A DNA stretch of 64,000 nucleotides from Macrostomum hystrix (Eukaryota > Animalia > Platyhelminthes): contig CATNEN010000038.1 in assembly GCA_950097015.1 (NCBI GenBank), positions 5,270,001-5,334,000 of the forward strand. Reading direction: 5' to 3'. Positions 1-15,000 of this stretch are shown here, piece by piece. Both the position numbers and the translations under genes were made by a program. How positions within the stretch are numbered: position 1 is the first letter of the stretch; each line of letters starts with the position of its first letter. The notes beneath the pieces are model-generated. The model made no database searches and was not told the DNA's origin. It was given only the letters and a program-made list of their open reading frames with translations.

Positions 1-3000
1 AGATGGAGAGGTTGGAGATATTGCGATAGACGAAGTTTCCTACCAGAGAGGCGATTGCCCAGCGTCCCCACTGTGCGACTTTGAGCTGGGCTTCTGTGAG
101 TGGACTCTAGATAACAAGCAGCGCACTCTCTTTCAACGCGGCACAGGAGGCCAAACGATGCCTGCTGGACCATCAAATGATCACACGACAGGAACAGATG
201 CCGGCTTCTTCGCATACATCAGTTCTAGTTCAGCTGAAACACCAGAGGTAAAAGCGCGCATGAAAAGCCCTAAACTAAGCTCAGCAACGAGCAATTGCCT
301 TCGATTCTGGTATAACATCAATGGCTCTGGCGAAGGCGCGCTGAGAGTCATAGGCGAGGTCGACTCACAAGAATATCTTCTGTGGATCGTAAACAGCGGT
401 AGTCGAGGTAGTCAATGGAGACCTGCCTTCGCGGGATACTACGCGGATAGGGAACATGCAATACTTCTTGAAGCAGTTCGTGGCCCCGGATCGATTGGTT
501 ACATAGCCATTGATGACATCGAGTTGTATAGTGGCCGATGTCCTCCCAGAGGCTTCACTGACTTTGAGAGAGGAATGTGGGGCTACGATAACACACAGCT
601 TGGGGACGACTTTGACTGGCTTCTTGGCAGCGGATCGCTGCCCTCTTTTTGGTCTGGTCCAGGTGCGGATAGAACCCTCGGAACAACGGAAGGTCACTAC
701 ATGTTCACGCCAACCTACAACAATAGTAACAAAGTTGCTTGGCTAGTCAGTGAGCCTTTGAGAAATCAGAACAGAGTAGCTCACTTTTCGATTTGGTACA
801 ATATTTTCGGAAGAGATGTAGGAAAGCTAAATATCTATATCAGATCGCTTGTTATTCAAGACGCTCCTCTGCTAATTTACATTACGGATATTTCTCAAGT
901 TGAGAACATAAATTTCTGGTATCAGAAAGTGATTGATATTCCTGTAGAGGCTATGCGGGGAACTGAGTTCGAAATAATAATTGAATCGTCTATGACCCAA
1001 GCAGAAGGTATCCAAGGCTACATAGCCATCGATGATTTGTATTTAGTTTACAATGAAACAACTCAGCCTACCACACCCGAGCCGACGCATCTGCCACTAT
1101 TTTCCTGCGATTTTGAACGGGACAAGTGCGGGCTGTCTGACGACACGAGTGCTCCCTTGATTTGGCAGCGCCAGCAAGGCCCTACAAGCAGCAAGGGGAC
1201 TGGGCCGTCAGCTGATCACACAACGGGTACACGCCAGGGCTTCTACGTCTATTTGCCTGCGTCCTCGAACACAACCCAGACCGCTAGACTGGTATCGCCA
1301 AGAATGCAGTCCGGTCCGATTTGCGTCTCGTTTTGGTATCACATGTACGGCTCACATGTAGGATCACTAACTGTCATTGGCAAGAATGGTGACCGTCAAG
1401 AGGAAATTTTCCTCAAGTCTGGAAACCTTGGCGATGTTTGGCAGTATGCTCAGCTAAGCGTTAATGACGCTACGACATTCGTTTGGCAAGGAAGTAACAA
1501 AGGTGGCAGAACTGGTGAAATAGCACTCGATGACATCTCTCTGTACGTGTCTAATGAGTGCAAAGCTCAAAAAGATCAGTGCGGATTTGAGCTAGAAAAC
1601 AACTGTGGATATAGCACAACATTGGATTCCGCTTTTCAATGGATTCGAACCAACGGTTCGACAAATCCAGCACCGGCAGAAGCGCCGCAAACTGACAGAA
1701 CACTAGGCACCGCAAATGGTCACTACATGCTCTTTTCTCAACTCGGACGTCAACTGAACGAATATTCTCGCCTGCAGTCCACTGAGCATGATCCAACGCC
1801 ATCGGCCTGTGTCAGATTTTGGTATTTTACCTCTGGAAGTGACCTCGGTGATTTCAATGTTCGAATCGCTAGCCGGAACACGATGGGAAATCCTATCTGG
1901 ACTGTCTATGGAGATCAGGGTTCCAAATGGAGAAAAGCAGCTGTGAGCATCAGCTCCGACTACAGCTGGTTTTTGGTTTTTGAGGGCGTCGTTCCGTACT
2001 ACACCCGAAACGGTATAATTGCACTCGATGATGTCGAAATTATAGAAGGCCAAAGATGCGAGCACCCGACCAACTGTGACTTTGAGTCTGGAACTTGCGG
2101 CTGGCTAAATGAACAAAATGCGGACTTTGATTGGATCCGGTGGTCTGGTAGGTCTACAAGGCCGAATACAGGACCCACTGAGGATCACACCACTGGCCAC
2201 GAGTATGGATGGTACATGCTGCTAGATGGAGACAGTGCCCTCTCCGTTGGCGATCGTGCGATACTGAGATCCGAAGTCACTCCAGTGCGACAAGGACCAA
2301 CTGCCTACTGCTTCTCATTTTGGTACTATATGTATGGTTCTGGAGTTGGAATTTTAAGCTCAAGCTTCGAATCTGGAGACCAGAATGTCGTCATGTTTAC
2401 TATCAAAGGAAATCAAGGACGTCAATGGATGAGACATGAGTACACAATTCCAGCAATTACACGGCAGTTCAGCTTAACAATACAGGCGAGATTAACTAAT
2501 ACATGGAACAACAACATTGCAATAGATGACACTCGCTTGGATGTTGGAGATTGTGCAGAGGTCACTCAGCCACCTAGTCAGCAATTCTACTGTAATGATC
2601 CAGACAACGTTATCATTCCAATAGAGCAGGTTTGTGACTTTATTACTCAGTGCCCAAATCTATTAGACGAGCGCAACTGTGGCGAATGCGACTTCGAGTC
2701 TGGAGCCTGCGTGTATTCTGACTTGAGCCTCAGTGAGTACAAGTGGCGAAGAGGTCAGAATAGAACTGGAAACCCTAACAGCGGTCCGTCAGTGGACCAC
2801 ACGATTGGTACTGCTGAAGGCTGGTACATGTTCGCTAATTCAAAGTATGGTTCATATGGCAGCACAGCGACTCTTGAAGGCCGGACTCTGCGACCATCAA
2901 GTACAACTTGCGAAATGCGATTTTGGTATCACATGTACGGTAATAGCGTGAGAACCCTGGAGTTTGGTGTGCATCCAATGAGTGGACCAGAAGATCGGCA

Positions 3001-6000
3001 GACAGTTGTGTGGGCAAAGTCGGGTAACAACGGAGATGTTTGGTCGGAAGCTGTTGCCGTCGTTAGCAGGATTTCAGTTCCCTTCAGACCATTCTTTAGA
3101 GCTAGTCGCTCTCTTATCCTTTATGGTGACATTGCTATTGATGATGTCACTTTAAAAAACTGTGAATACCCAGGTATCTCAAACACATGTGCTGATGATG
3201 AATTTAGATGCGACAGAGGCGCATGCATTCCGAAATCCCGTGTATGTGACTTCTCGGACGACTGTGGCGATGGCTCTGACGAAAGAATGTGCAACGACTT
3301 TCCAGGCGGATGCCATTTCGAGCGGGACACATGCGACTGGATTCATGACAATGAAGCAGATTTTAAATGGAGGAGAAAAACCGGCGAAAACTCGCGATCA
3401 TACTCTGGACCCAGTAGGGATCACACCCGAGGCCTGGTGTCGGGATTTTTTATGCTCATTGACACCGCTGATGAGTATGTGTACAACGGTGAAAAGGCTC
3501 GACTTATTGGACCCATACTAACTAGCAAGAGCCCAGTTGAAGCTTCGTGTAGGCTCCGATTCTTCTATCATATGTACGGCTCCACTGTCGACTGCCTGAA
3601 CGTTTACATGCGGACTGATTCGGGCCCATGGAGCTGGGTCATCTTAAAAAAACGCTGCGGCCAGGTTGGAAACTATTGGGAGCGAGATGAAATCGCTATT
3701 CCAACGACAGAGCCCTTCCAGGTAATTTTTGAGGGTGTTGCTGCACCGCATGCTGGTGACATTGGCTTAGACGACATTTCCTTTGATAGTGGCTGCCAAA
3801 TTTACAATGGAACCTTGCCGACGCCCCCACCAACGCCACCACCAACGACAACCGACCTCTGCGCCGGACAGTTCAATTGTGGAGATGGGACATGCGTTCC
3901 TCTGGGCGCTGTGTGCAACTTCAGAAAGGAATGCCGAACTGGTAAAGATGAGCTCGTGTGCGGCTCGTGCTCGTTCGAAAATGGTCCTTGCGGTTGGGAG
4001 GATATTAGCACAGGTGCTTACCACTGGGGTCGATTTAAGGCTGGAACAGGTTCAGGCATCGTTTACGGACCAAAGGAGGATGTGACTTATCGAAATTCGT
4101 CAGGGCATTACATGATGGTTGAAGGCGCAAATGGAAACCAAAATAGTCAAGCCCGAATGAGGACTAGAGCCCTAGGTCTGGCGGCCCCGAGCTGCAGAGT
4201 GAAGTTCTGGTATCACATGAATGGGCCGTTTGCGCTGTCTTTATTTTTTGGACTTTTCAGACCGCCAACTAATGGGTATCAAAGAAGAGTCGCGTTCGGA
4301 AGCCAGGGTGACATTTGGAAAGAAGCGACATTTGACATTGGCAACTGGGGCGGCTCGCAAGGTTATTTCGCCGAGTTTGTCTCGTATTACGGCGTCCAAA
4401 GTGGAGAAGACCGCAATAGCACAGATATTGCAGTGGATGAGATTAACTTCATCGACTGTGATCCAACAAGAATATATAATACAACTTTAGAGTGTGATTT
4501 TGAAATTGATATGTGCAACTGGTATCACGACACGACTGGCGATTTTGATTGGACCAGAAAGCAGGGTTCCACTGGAACAGAGGGGTCGGGTCCGACGGTC
4601 GATCATACCAAGGGAACTGAGGACGGATTCTATGTGTACATTGAGACTCGACTACAGAGAGAAGGCAACAGAGCTCGCTTGTACTCGGGCGTTCAAGCTC
4701 CGCATCGGAATTCAACCAAATGCTTTCACTTCTGGTACCATATGTACGGGAGAACGGTTAACACACTGAATGTTTTCGTGCAGCAGAGTGGCGCGATTCC
4801 AACCGTTAAAAAGTTTGAGGTCGGCGAAAAGTTCTTAGTTTGGTCACGACAAACCAATCAAGCCAATGTTTGGCGATACGGGAAGTTTCAGATCAATCCA
4901 GACTTTGGTTATGAAATTGTTTTCGAAGGTATCGCTGGAGACACGCAGGCAGGAGAAATAGCCATTGACGACACCATGATTGAAAACGGCGAGTGCACTG
5001 GTGCTCAAACCATCGAATGTGACTTTGAAGTAGACTTTTGTGGCTGGAAGGTGGGATCTTTCGCAGGAAACTTCACCTGGAAACGAGGTCGCAACGGTAC
5101 CGACACGGATGGAACAGGACCTCAATATGATCACACAACAGGTGGAGCAAATGGTTATTTCGTATTCGCCGATGCGTCTCAAGGTGCAGGGGGTGACTTT
5201 TCGAGGCTGATAAGTCCTGAAATAAAAGATTTTTCCAAGTCATATTGCTTTTCCTTCTACTACCACATGTTCGGTGATCATATCGGAACGCTGAATGTGT
5301 ACAGGTCCGAAGAAGCAAATCCACCTCTGTGGACAATGAGCGGCTCCAAGCAATTCGCGTGGAATTATGGCCAAGTAGACTTCTCAGAATTCACAATGAG
5401 CTACAGAATTTTACTCGAGGCTGTTAGAGGCGACGGAAATAAAGGGGACATTGCTATCGACGACCTTGTTCTCAGGCCTGGCTTGTGCCCTGAGCTGGGC
5501 AGCTGCGATTTTGAGTCTGGCTGGTGCGGCTATGAAGAAGTTTCCAATCAGAACAGCGCAAGAATGTGGCTTCGCACAGCAGGCCGGGGGAATAATTATG
5601 AAAGCAGTCCGTCCGTGGATCACACAACTAATTCGGATGCCGGGTTTTATGTCTACGTTGATGCAAACGCCAACTCGGCTAAGACTTCCATTCTTTATAG
5701 TCCAGTGCTCGGCTATTCTCGCATTTCCTGTGTCTCCTTCTGGTACCACATGAATGGCAACGGTAAGATTTCTAGCCAATTAAATACAACTTTTTTGCAA
5801 GTTTAGTCGATAAGAGTCCTTAATCTAATGGACAGTCCGCCTGAGTTTTTGCTCTGAATGTGTGCTTTCTTTTCCAGATGTCGGGTTTCTCGCTGTTCTC
5901 TATAGCGCACCCGGGGGTCAGTACAACAAAACCCTCGTGCTTTTGACCGGCAATCAAGGCAATGTCTGGAAAGAAGGCTACATGACAGTTAATGACACTG

Positions 6001-9000
6001 CAACTGAGTGGCAGGTCTTGTACTCAGCAACAACTAAATACGATGCGCAAAATGGAGACATTGCCCTAGACGATCTCGAAGTCACACCTGGTAGTTGCGA
6101 GTCTCGCGTGAGAACTACTACAACACAGATCCGCACGACCACACCATTTCGTAAGTACTCTTACTATATCAAATCAGATCAGGTTCCTTAATTTCAGGTT
6201 AATCCTAATCTATTAACGGAATCATTCTAGCTCGCAATGACTTGGATTGCGACTTCGAAAGCCAAGACAAATGCAAGTGGAGAGACGACCTGTCAATGGA
6301 AACTACGTGGATTCTGAAGCAGGGCTCTTCAGGTTCGAGTTCCACCGGACCAGAGACTGATCACACCATTGGGAACGAATACGGAACATACGCATTCATG
6401 AGCGCTGATGGCAGGCGCGAGGGCCACAGAGCCAGGCTCATCAGTAACGAGACTGCTGTACCGTTGGATGGAATGTGCATTAAGTTTTGGTACTTCATGT
6501 TTGGCGCAACAGTAAATCAGCTGACCGTCATGGTCCGACAGCCTGGAAGTGCGGGAATTACGTTGGTCTATTGGCAAAAACTGCGAAATCAGGGAAGACA
6601 ATGGGTGTACGGTCAGATATTTGTTGATCGGCTAGATGTCATAGGATCGAATGTCGAAGTGATCATTGAAGGCGTAGTTGGTCGCGACCATCGATCAAGC
6701 ATCGCAATCGATGACCTCAGCGCCAACGTAGGAAACTGTCCAACTATACTCAGCTGTGACTTTGAGTCGAAAGATTTGTGTGGCTACAGCCATGATCAAG
6801 ATGCGGACATCTTGTGGACGAGAAGCACAGGTCAAGACGTTGCGCCAGGAACTGGTCCACAGGTGGACCACACCTATCAAACACGATTCGGGCACTTCAT
6901 GTTCCTGAATGCATCATTATCCCAGAGTCAAGAAGCAGTTGCGAGATTGGTCTCGCCAGAGTATCAAGCGTCCACGGCAATGTGCCTCACTTTCTGGTAT
7001 CACTCGATCTTTTCAACGGGGAAGTTAAAGGTATACAAAAGACTGTCCGGTGGACAAGCTCAAAAGATCTTAGAACAAGGTGGTAGTCGTGGCGGCGATA
7101 TCTGGCTTGTGTCGACCGTAACTATAGCGAGTGCGGCTCCTTTTCGAGTGATATTTGAAGGCGTGGCAGAGAATACTAGCGAAAAATCTGGAAATGTTGC
7201 TCTCGATGACGTGACTATATCATATGGTCGTTGTGCAGATCCTGGAAGCTGCGACTTTGAGGGCGGCATGTGCGGGTATCGCAACGAGTATGGGCAAAAC
7301 GACTTCGACTGGATCCGCTGGAAGGGTTCTCTGGACACAGAGGGCATCGCACCGCCGACGGACCACACAACGGGAACCCCAGATGGACATTACGCATTCG
7401 CCAGTCAGGCAGAGGCTGATCGGTCTAACGCTGGAGACAAGGCAAGGCTGACTTCGCAGACTCTATCGAGTTCGGCCTCAGCCTGCTTGCAGTTCTTCCA
7501 TCAGGTCAGAGGGGTGAATGCTGGCTCGCTGAATGTTTTATCTAGGTTGTCAACAGCTGATATGACAAGTCAGCTGTTCACAACTGCTGGAAGCTCAAGC
7601 GATGTGTGGAAATTCCAGGAGGTAGACATTCCAGCAACTCCTGCAAATTTTGAGCTGATATTTGAAACTGTCATTGGCACTAACGCTAAGGCAAGCATTT
7701 CTGTTGATGACATTCAACTGATTGATGGGGTCTGTCAGAGAACAACACCAGGACCAGGCTTATTTTATTGCCGAAATGATGGTAAAATCATCAGCATTAC
7801 CAGTGTGTGCAATTTCATTCAGGACTGCTCAGACGGCTCAGATGAAGAAAACTGTGCTGATTGCGACTTTGAGAACTATATTTATCCGACCTGCGGCTAC
7901 TCAGACCAGAGTCACGGATCATTTAAGTGGTCAAGGGGAAGAAACGGAACCGCTACCAGCAATACTGGACCTAGTGTTGACCACACCAAAGGTACAGAAG
8001 AAGGATTTTATCTGTACGTTGATTCAAGCCGTGGCTCAATTAATGACTGGGCAACAGTTGCCTCTTCGGAGCTGCCACATGCTAGCGCGACCTGTTATCT
8101 TGACTTCTGGTACCATATGTACGGATCCGATATTGGTGATCTTAGAATTGCGATTAGATCGAACAATCGAGACACAATGGTTTGGGAAATGTCTGCTAAT
8201 CAAAGCAACCAATGGATCCAGGGATTCGCTGACATAAGCAGAATGGCTTCTCCTCTGAGACTTCTGATTCAGGCGCGAAGATCATTTTCACGATATGGGG
8301 ATATCGCGATCGATGATCTGAAAATGACATCGTGTAATCTGCCACTAGTTCAGTCTCAGTGCCGCGATGACGAGTTTACATGTACAAGGCGCTCGTGTGT
8401 TCCGATGGATCGACTCTGCGACTTTGACGACGATTGCGGTGACGATAGTGACGAAACTTCGAGGGTCTGCTACACCTATCCTTCACGCTGCAGCTTTGAG
8501 ACCGGATTCTGCGACTGGAGCCATGACTCGAAAACCAATGGAGAGTGGAAGAGGCAGTCTGGACCAACACCGAATGCTAAGACAGGTCCATTCAGGGATC
8601 ACACTACTGGTCTGCAAACAGGGTTTTACATCTATGCTCAGGCCTCATACTGGTCACAGAAAAAGTATCTGATCCAGAGTCGCATGTTCATCGCCCCAGA
8701 TCCGCTAAAGGAGTGCCGAATGCGTCTATTTTATCACATGTACGGAAAGGACATTGGAACGCTCAGCATTTACGTTCGCAGCATGAAATTGGAAAGTCCA
8801 ACACCTGACAACAGGATTTGGACAAAGTCTGGCAATCAAGGAAATAAATGGGAGAGAAGCAGTGTATTGCTGAATAATCAGTTTCCGTTTCAAGTTGTAA
8901 TTGAAGCGGTCGGCAAGGGTCTGACTGAAGGTGACATTGCGTTAGATGATATTTCGTTCACTCCGGGCTGTCAGAACTTTGAAGGAACTCTGCCACCATG

Positions 9001-12000
9001 TAAGCAAAGACCTGTTGTGACTGCTAAAAAATACCGTGCTCTTCCGTTCCTACTAACAAGTTTTACTTATTATTGTAAATTTCAGTGACCACCAGCACGC
9101 CAATTCCAACGACGCCGTCGCCATGCCGGCCCGGCGAGTTTCAGTGTGTCAGCGGTCAGTGTATTTCTGGCGCTCTGGTCTGCAACTTTAGAAAGGAATG
9201 CGCCGACGGCAGCGACGAGAGCACGTGTGGACCGTGCGACTTTGAAAGCGGCGAGTGTGGCTACATCGACCTAAGGTAAGGGACCTTTCCACTTCAAAAT
9301 ATCTCATAGTTTGCTCTAGCTTTAGTCATTTTTATTGCCTAATCAAACTCGCTTTCAGCTCCGGTCGGTATCGCTGGAAGCGTCGCCAAGGCAGAGCCCT
9401 GGACTGGACTGGGCCCTCTGTCGACCATACAAAGGGAACCACTGACGGTTGGTACGCCTACGTGTCGGGGGCTGACGGTCAATACTTTGTATCAGCAGTC
9501 TACAAGAGTCCAGTGCTGCCAAAGTTTGGGCGCCTCTGCCAGCTAAGATTCTGGTATTATATGGACGGCATAACAACGGGTAGTTTGTACGTTGACTCAT
9601 CAATAAATGGATCGATTTGGTACTCAGTTGGTGGACGCGGTGCGCGCTGGAATGAAGCAATTGTGCCTATCGGAGCTATGTTTAAGGAAAGTCCACAGAA
9701 CTTTACTCTGACCTTTGTTGCACTGCCGAGCCGTATGGACCTTCCTGCATCGAGTGATATTGCAATAGATGATATTGACTTCATTGAATGCAATGTAAAT
9801 GATCATGCTCCGAACTTGAACTGTGACTTCGAGAACGATCTCTGCGATTGGACGAATGATCCCCAATCCAACTACATCTGGGAACGGTCAAATGGGTCAT
9901 CGGCTAATAGAGGGAAGGGCCCGAGGGGTGATCATACAACAGGTTCTGGATATTACCTGAATGTCGACTTGAACAAGGTTAGCGGATTTTTTAAGCGTTC
10001 AATTCTAAATTCCCCAGTGCTGCAGCCAACGCCTGATGCCGGACATTGCTTCTCTCTCTGGATGCATATGTACGGACCAGCTGTTGGAGAATTTTCCATC
10101 AACATTTACGCCGGAACAACGAAGAAGCAACTGTTTGTAAGAAACTACAACCAAGGCAACAAGTGGTTGCAATGGAAGTTTAATTTCAACTCGTCGTCCG
10201 TCTACCAACTTTCTATAGAGACGAGGGCTAGCAGTGACAACTCCGGAGATATTGCGGTCGATGACATCGAGGTCTCTGATAGGCCGTGCCCTTTTGCAGT
10301 CGAATGCGACTTTGAAAGAGATTTTTGCGGCTGGCAGAACAGCCCATACGCTGATTTTAAATGGCAACGTCGAAGTGGCTACTTACCAAACAATGGCCCC
10401 GAAGTTGATCACACGACAGGAACAAATAATGGCTACTTTGCAGCAGCATTGTCAGCATATCCAGCAAAACCGGGCCAAATTGCCATACTGGAGAGTCCGA
10501 AATGGGAAAATAGCTCCGTGCGGTGCATTCGCTTCTACTACTTTATGAATGGCGAAAATGTTAGGCAGCTTGAAGTGCAACAGTTCAAAGAGGGGGCGAT
10601 TCGAAATGTCATGCTATGGAAGAAATCTGGCAATCAAGATAAAGTATGGCGTCTCGGCTACGCCACTGTCCCCCCTCCAAGAGAGAATAAGTACACAATC
10701 GCATTTGTAGCAACAGTCGGCACTGAGTACAAGAGCGATATTTCGATCGACGACGTTTCCCTAGCCGACGGCGATTGCGAGCCGCAAGATTTCTGCGACT
10801 TCGAGCGAGACATGTGCGACTGGGCGGCAAATGAGGGCACAGGGCAATACGTGTGGCTTCGCGACCGGCCGATATCGGAAGAGTGGTACATGGGACCAAG
10901 GGTGGACCATACTACTGGCACTTCGTCTGGGTACTATGCGTTCGTAGATACGTCGGTTTCATCGCAGATCAACCGTTTAATTGTATCTCGTCTGTATAGT
11001 GACCGCAAGCAGTATAATCAAAATGGCTGCTTGATATTCTGGTATCATATGGTAGGCAATTCAACTTCGAGAATCGAAATAAAGCTCAAGGAAGGCACCG
11101 GAGCTGCAGCTGGGAATCGAACCCTATGGAGTGTTCAAGGGGACCAAGGCGATCAATGGAAAAATGCGAAGGTTCCAGTTTCAAGTGGTGACAGTCACAT
11201 GATAATTATTGAGGCGTGGTACTACCCCAAGCAGAAGGGTGATATTGCAATTGATGATGTCGAGTACAATTATCGACCATGCGATTTGACAACTACTCTG
11301 CTGCCCACGACAATTACACTTCCTCCTACATACCCACCGACAATTTTCGATTGTGATTTTGAAGAGGATTTTTGTAATTGGGATCACGACATTAGCGCAG
11401 ACTTCAGATGGCTGAGACGACAAGGAAAATTCTCTGTGATTGGAACTGGGCCACAGTTTGATCATACGACTGGGTCGGCGATGGGCACTTTCATTGTAAT
11501 TGATGATGCAAAGTACACCGAAAACAAAGTTGCAAGGCTAGTGAGCAAGACATACTTCTCAGGAAGTGAAGGCTTCTGCTTCAAGTTCTGGTATCACATG
11601 CTGGGATCAAGCATTAACAAATTGCAAGTCCTCCTGAAATCTTCCACAAATAATACCCTTGTATACATCCGCAAAGGTTCCCAAGGAATTGATTGGAACG
11701 AAGCCTTAGTGTACGTTGACAAGCCCGGCGCTTTCATGCTGTCCTTAGAAGGCTTCTCGAGCAATAGCACATTTGGTGCGATAGCGCTTGACGATGTTTC
11801 ACTAAACTCTGGAGCCTGTCCGCGTCACCAACTTTGCGACTTTGAGCACGATATCTGCGACTTTACACAAGAAATAATGGATGAATTCGATTGGAAACGT
11901 CATTCTGGCCCAACCAATACACCGAAAACGGGACCCTCGGTTGATCACACCTACGGAACTGCAGACGGCCACTACATGCTTGCTGAAGGATATGGAAACT

Positions 12001-15000
12001 ATCTGGAATCAGCGCGACTTAACTCTCCAGTTCTGTCTCCGACTAATGGCATGTGCTTGCAGTTCTGGTACCACATGTACTCAACCACAGGCTACATGGG
12101 CGTGTTAAAGATAATTAAGCTGGTGAACGACTATATTGGAGAACACTTGTGGACGATTCAAGGAAATCAAGGCGATGAGTGGCATGTTGCGCAAGTTCCT
12201 TTGTCATCTGCGACTCAGTTCCGCTATACGATACAAGCTACGATACGCAACTCAGCCGACTCAGACATTGCGATCGATGACGTGCTTCTGCTAGATGAGC
12301 CTTGTCCGCCCAAGGCTACCTGCGACTTCGAAAGCAATTTGTGCACGTGGAAAAATGAAAAAGTGAATGATGATTTAGACTGGCAATTGTGGAGGGGACC
12401 CACAGGTACAGAGAGTACTGGGCCATCGGTAGATAAGACGATTGGAACTGAGTTTGGGACCTACTCGCTGCTTAAAGCCTCGGATAAAGCGTCAATTGAG
12501 ACTCGTGCTTGGCTCAAGTCGGTTGTTTTTAATCCTAGAGAATTCGGCTGCCTAAGTTTATACTATCATATGTACGGTTCGGATGTCGGAAAGCTTACTA
12601 TATATCAGTGGCTGATTGGAGCCAATTCAACTGACAAGAAACTGCTCTGGCAACAGGAAGGAAACAAGGGTGACGTTTGGATTTATGGCCAGGCCAATAT
12701 TCCCAGTCTGTCCGACCAAAGAGACTACCAAATCATCATTGAAGGAACCACTGGCAAAGGTCCCAAAGGAGACTTGGCCATCGATGATGTCATACTCACC
12801 GGCCAAGAAGTTTGCGGACCAGATCCGACGCCACCTCCGTCGTGCTTCTTCCGCTGCACCAGCGAGAACAATAAGTGTATTGAGCGCGAAAAGGTGTGTA
12901 ACTTCCAAGCCGACTGCAAAAATGGAGAGGATGAGTCTAGCTGCGGTTACAATTGTGACTTTGAGCTTGGCGAGTGCGGTTACAATGACACAAGCTCAAG
13001 AACATTTAAATGGATCCGATCTAAAGGTGCCACACCTCAGGCAAACACCGGGCCGTCAACGGATCACACCACTGGCACCGAAGACGGATACTATGTGTAT
13101 GTGGACAGCAGGAATGGAAATTTCCTTTCCCTTGCAGCATACAGCTCCACTACTTTGAGATCATCGGCTCCATACTGCCAGTTGAGGTTCTGGTATCACA
13201 TGTACGGAACCAATGTTGGTACGCTGGGAGTAATTTACAAAAAAGGAACTATACAAACTCGACTATTTAGAATCGACGGGGACCAGGGCAATGTATGGCG
13301 GCAAGGCGTAGCTCTGGTGGGTCGCGTGAAGGACGATTTCAACATAGTGTTCACAGGCGCGAAAAATATCTTGGCACACGGTGACATTGCCGTCGATGAC
13401 ATTTCTCTCGTCGACTGCGGATACCCGAGGCCCAGCCCATCTTGCAAATCTAATAACGACTTTGAGTGCAGCAATAAAGTGTGCATCAACAGAGATAGAA
13501 CTTGCGACTTTGAGGACGACTGCGGTGACTACTCAGACGAGGCCACTTGCTCAGCGTACTTTTCGCGGTGCAGCTTTGAAGAAAGCTTCTGTGATTGGAC
13601 CAGGGATCCCACCGGAGAGCTGAGTTGGAACCGACGTTCAGGTACGTCAACTTCTGGGCCAAGCCGAGATCACACTACCAACTCGGAGAAGGGATGGTAC
13701 CTGTATCCTGCCCCAGTCCGCTCGATTATCGCCAGAGAAGGTCAAAGAGCTCGCCTAATCAGTCGAGTGTTCGTCACAGCCAGAAAAGCTGATGGCTGTC
13801 GATTAAGACTATTCTTTCATATGTTTGGAAGCCAGATGGGAAAGCTTTCCATTGGCATCAAGACTCAAGCTGACGGTCCCGTAACACCTTTGTACATTCG
13901 ATCAGGAAATGTTGGAAACTTCTGGGAACGCAAAGATGTGGAAATCGTTTCGACCGGCCCCGTTGCGATTGTCATTGAGGCCACCTGGGGAAGTGGCAGT
14001 CAGAGTGTTATAGGCTTGGATGATGTGTCTTTTACACCCGGTTGCCGTGAGTACTCTGAGATTCTTCCCACTGGTTCCGTAGGCCCAATCACAACTTCAA
14101 GCACGCCCAAATGCAGTGGTTCAGAGTTCGCTTGCGGAGACGGTGTTAACTGCATACCTGACTGGCAAGTGTGCAATTTTATCGCGGACTGCCCAGACCA
14201 AAGTGATGAGCAGGTGTGTGCGCAGTGCGACTTTGAATCTGGATCGTGCGGCTGGAGCGATTACGACAGCAGCGGCAGGTATCGATGGACGCGAGTTCAG
14301 GCTTCAGCGGGAGTTGGTACTGGAGGACCCAGCCGAGACAACACCAAGAAGACCGAGCTAGGATACTATTCTTACTTGATAAAAAATGATGAGGGAATCG
14401 GTCCATTGGAAGCGACGTATCGAACCGAACTGCTGAGAAACTCAAGCGCCTCTTGTCAAGTCAAGTTCTTCTACCAGTCAGGTCTTCAGAGTGGATCTCT
14501 AGTTCTAAACTTGATTGAAGGATCAACAAAAACGCGCCTTATTCCGTACATCAATGGCGATCAGGGCGACAGCTGGAACAGCATGATTGCTTTCATTGGC
14601 AGAAGGAACAGTTTTCAGTTGGAGTTTCAGGGAGTTTATTTACAGTCTAATGCGAACGCTGCAATCGACGATGTCACAATGTCAAACTGCGCAATCGAAA
14701 GCACAACATGTTCGCCAAATTCATTCGTCTGCGATAACTCCAGATGCATCTCTACTGATTTTGTTTGCGACTACAGTGACGACTGTGGAGACAACTCAGA
14801 TGAGAAGAGCTGTGCTAACTACATTGAAAGGTGCGACTTTGAAAATGACTTCTGTAATTGGAAACAAGAGCCAGACAATGACTTCGAATGGCGTAGAAGC
14901 AAGGGCACCACTGAATCAGAAGGTACAGGTCCCGATCGCGATCACACTTGTGGGACATCTGAGTGTTACTACGCTTATATCGATGCCTCAGCAGGCGAAT

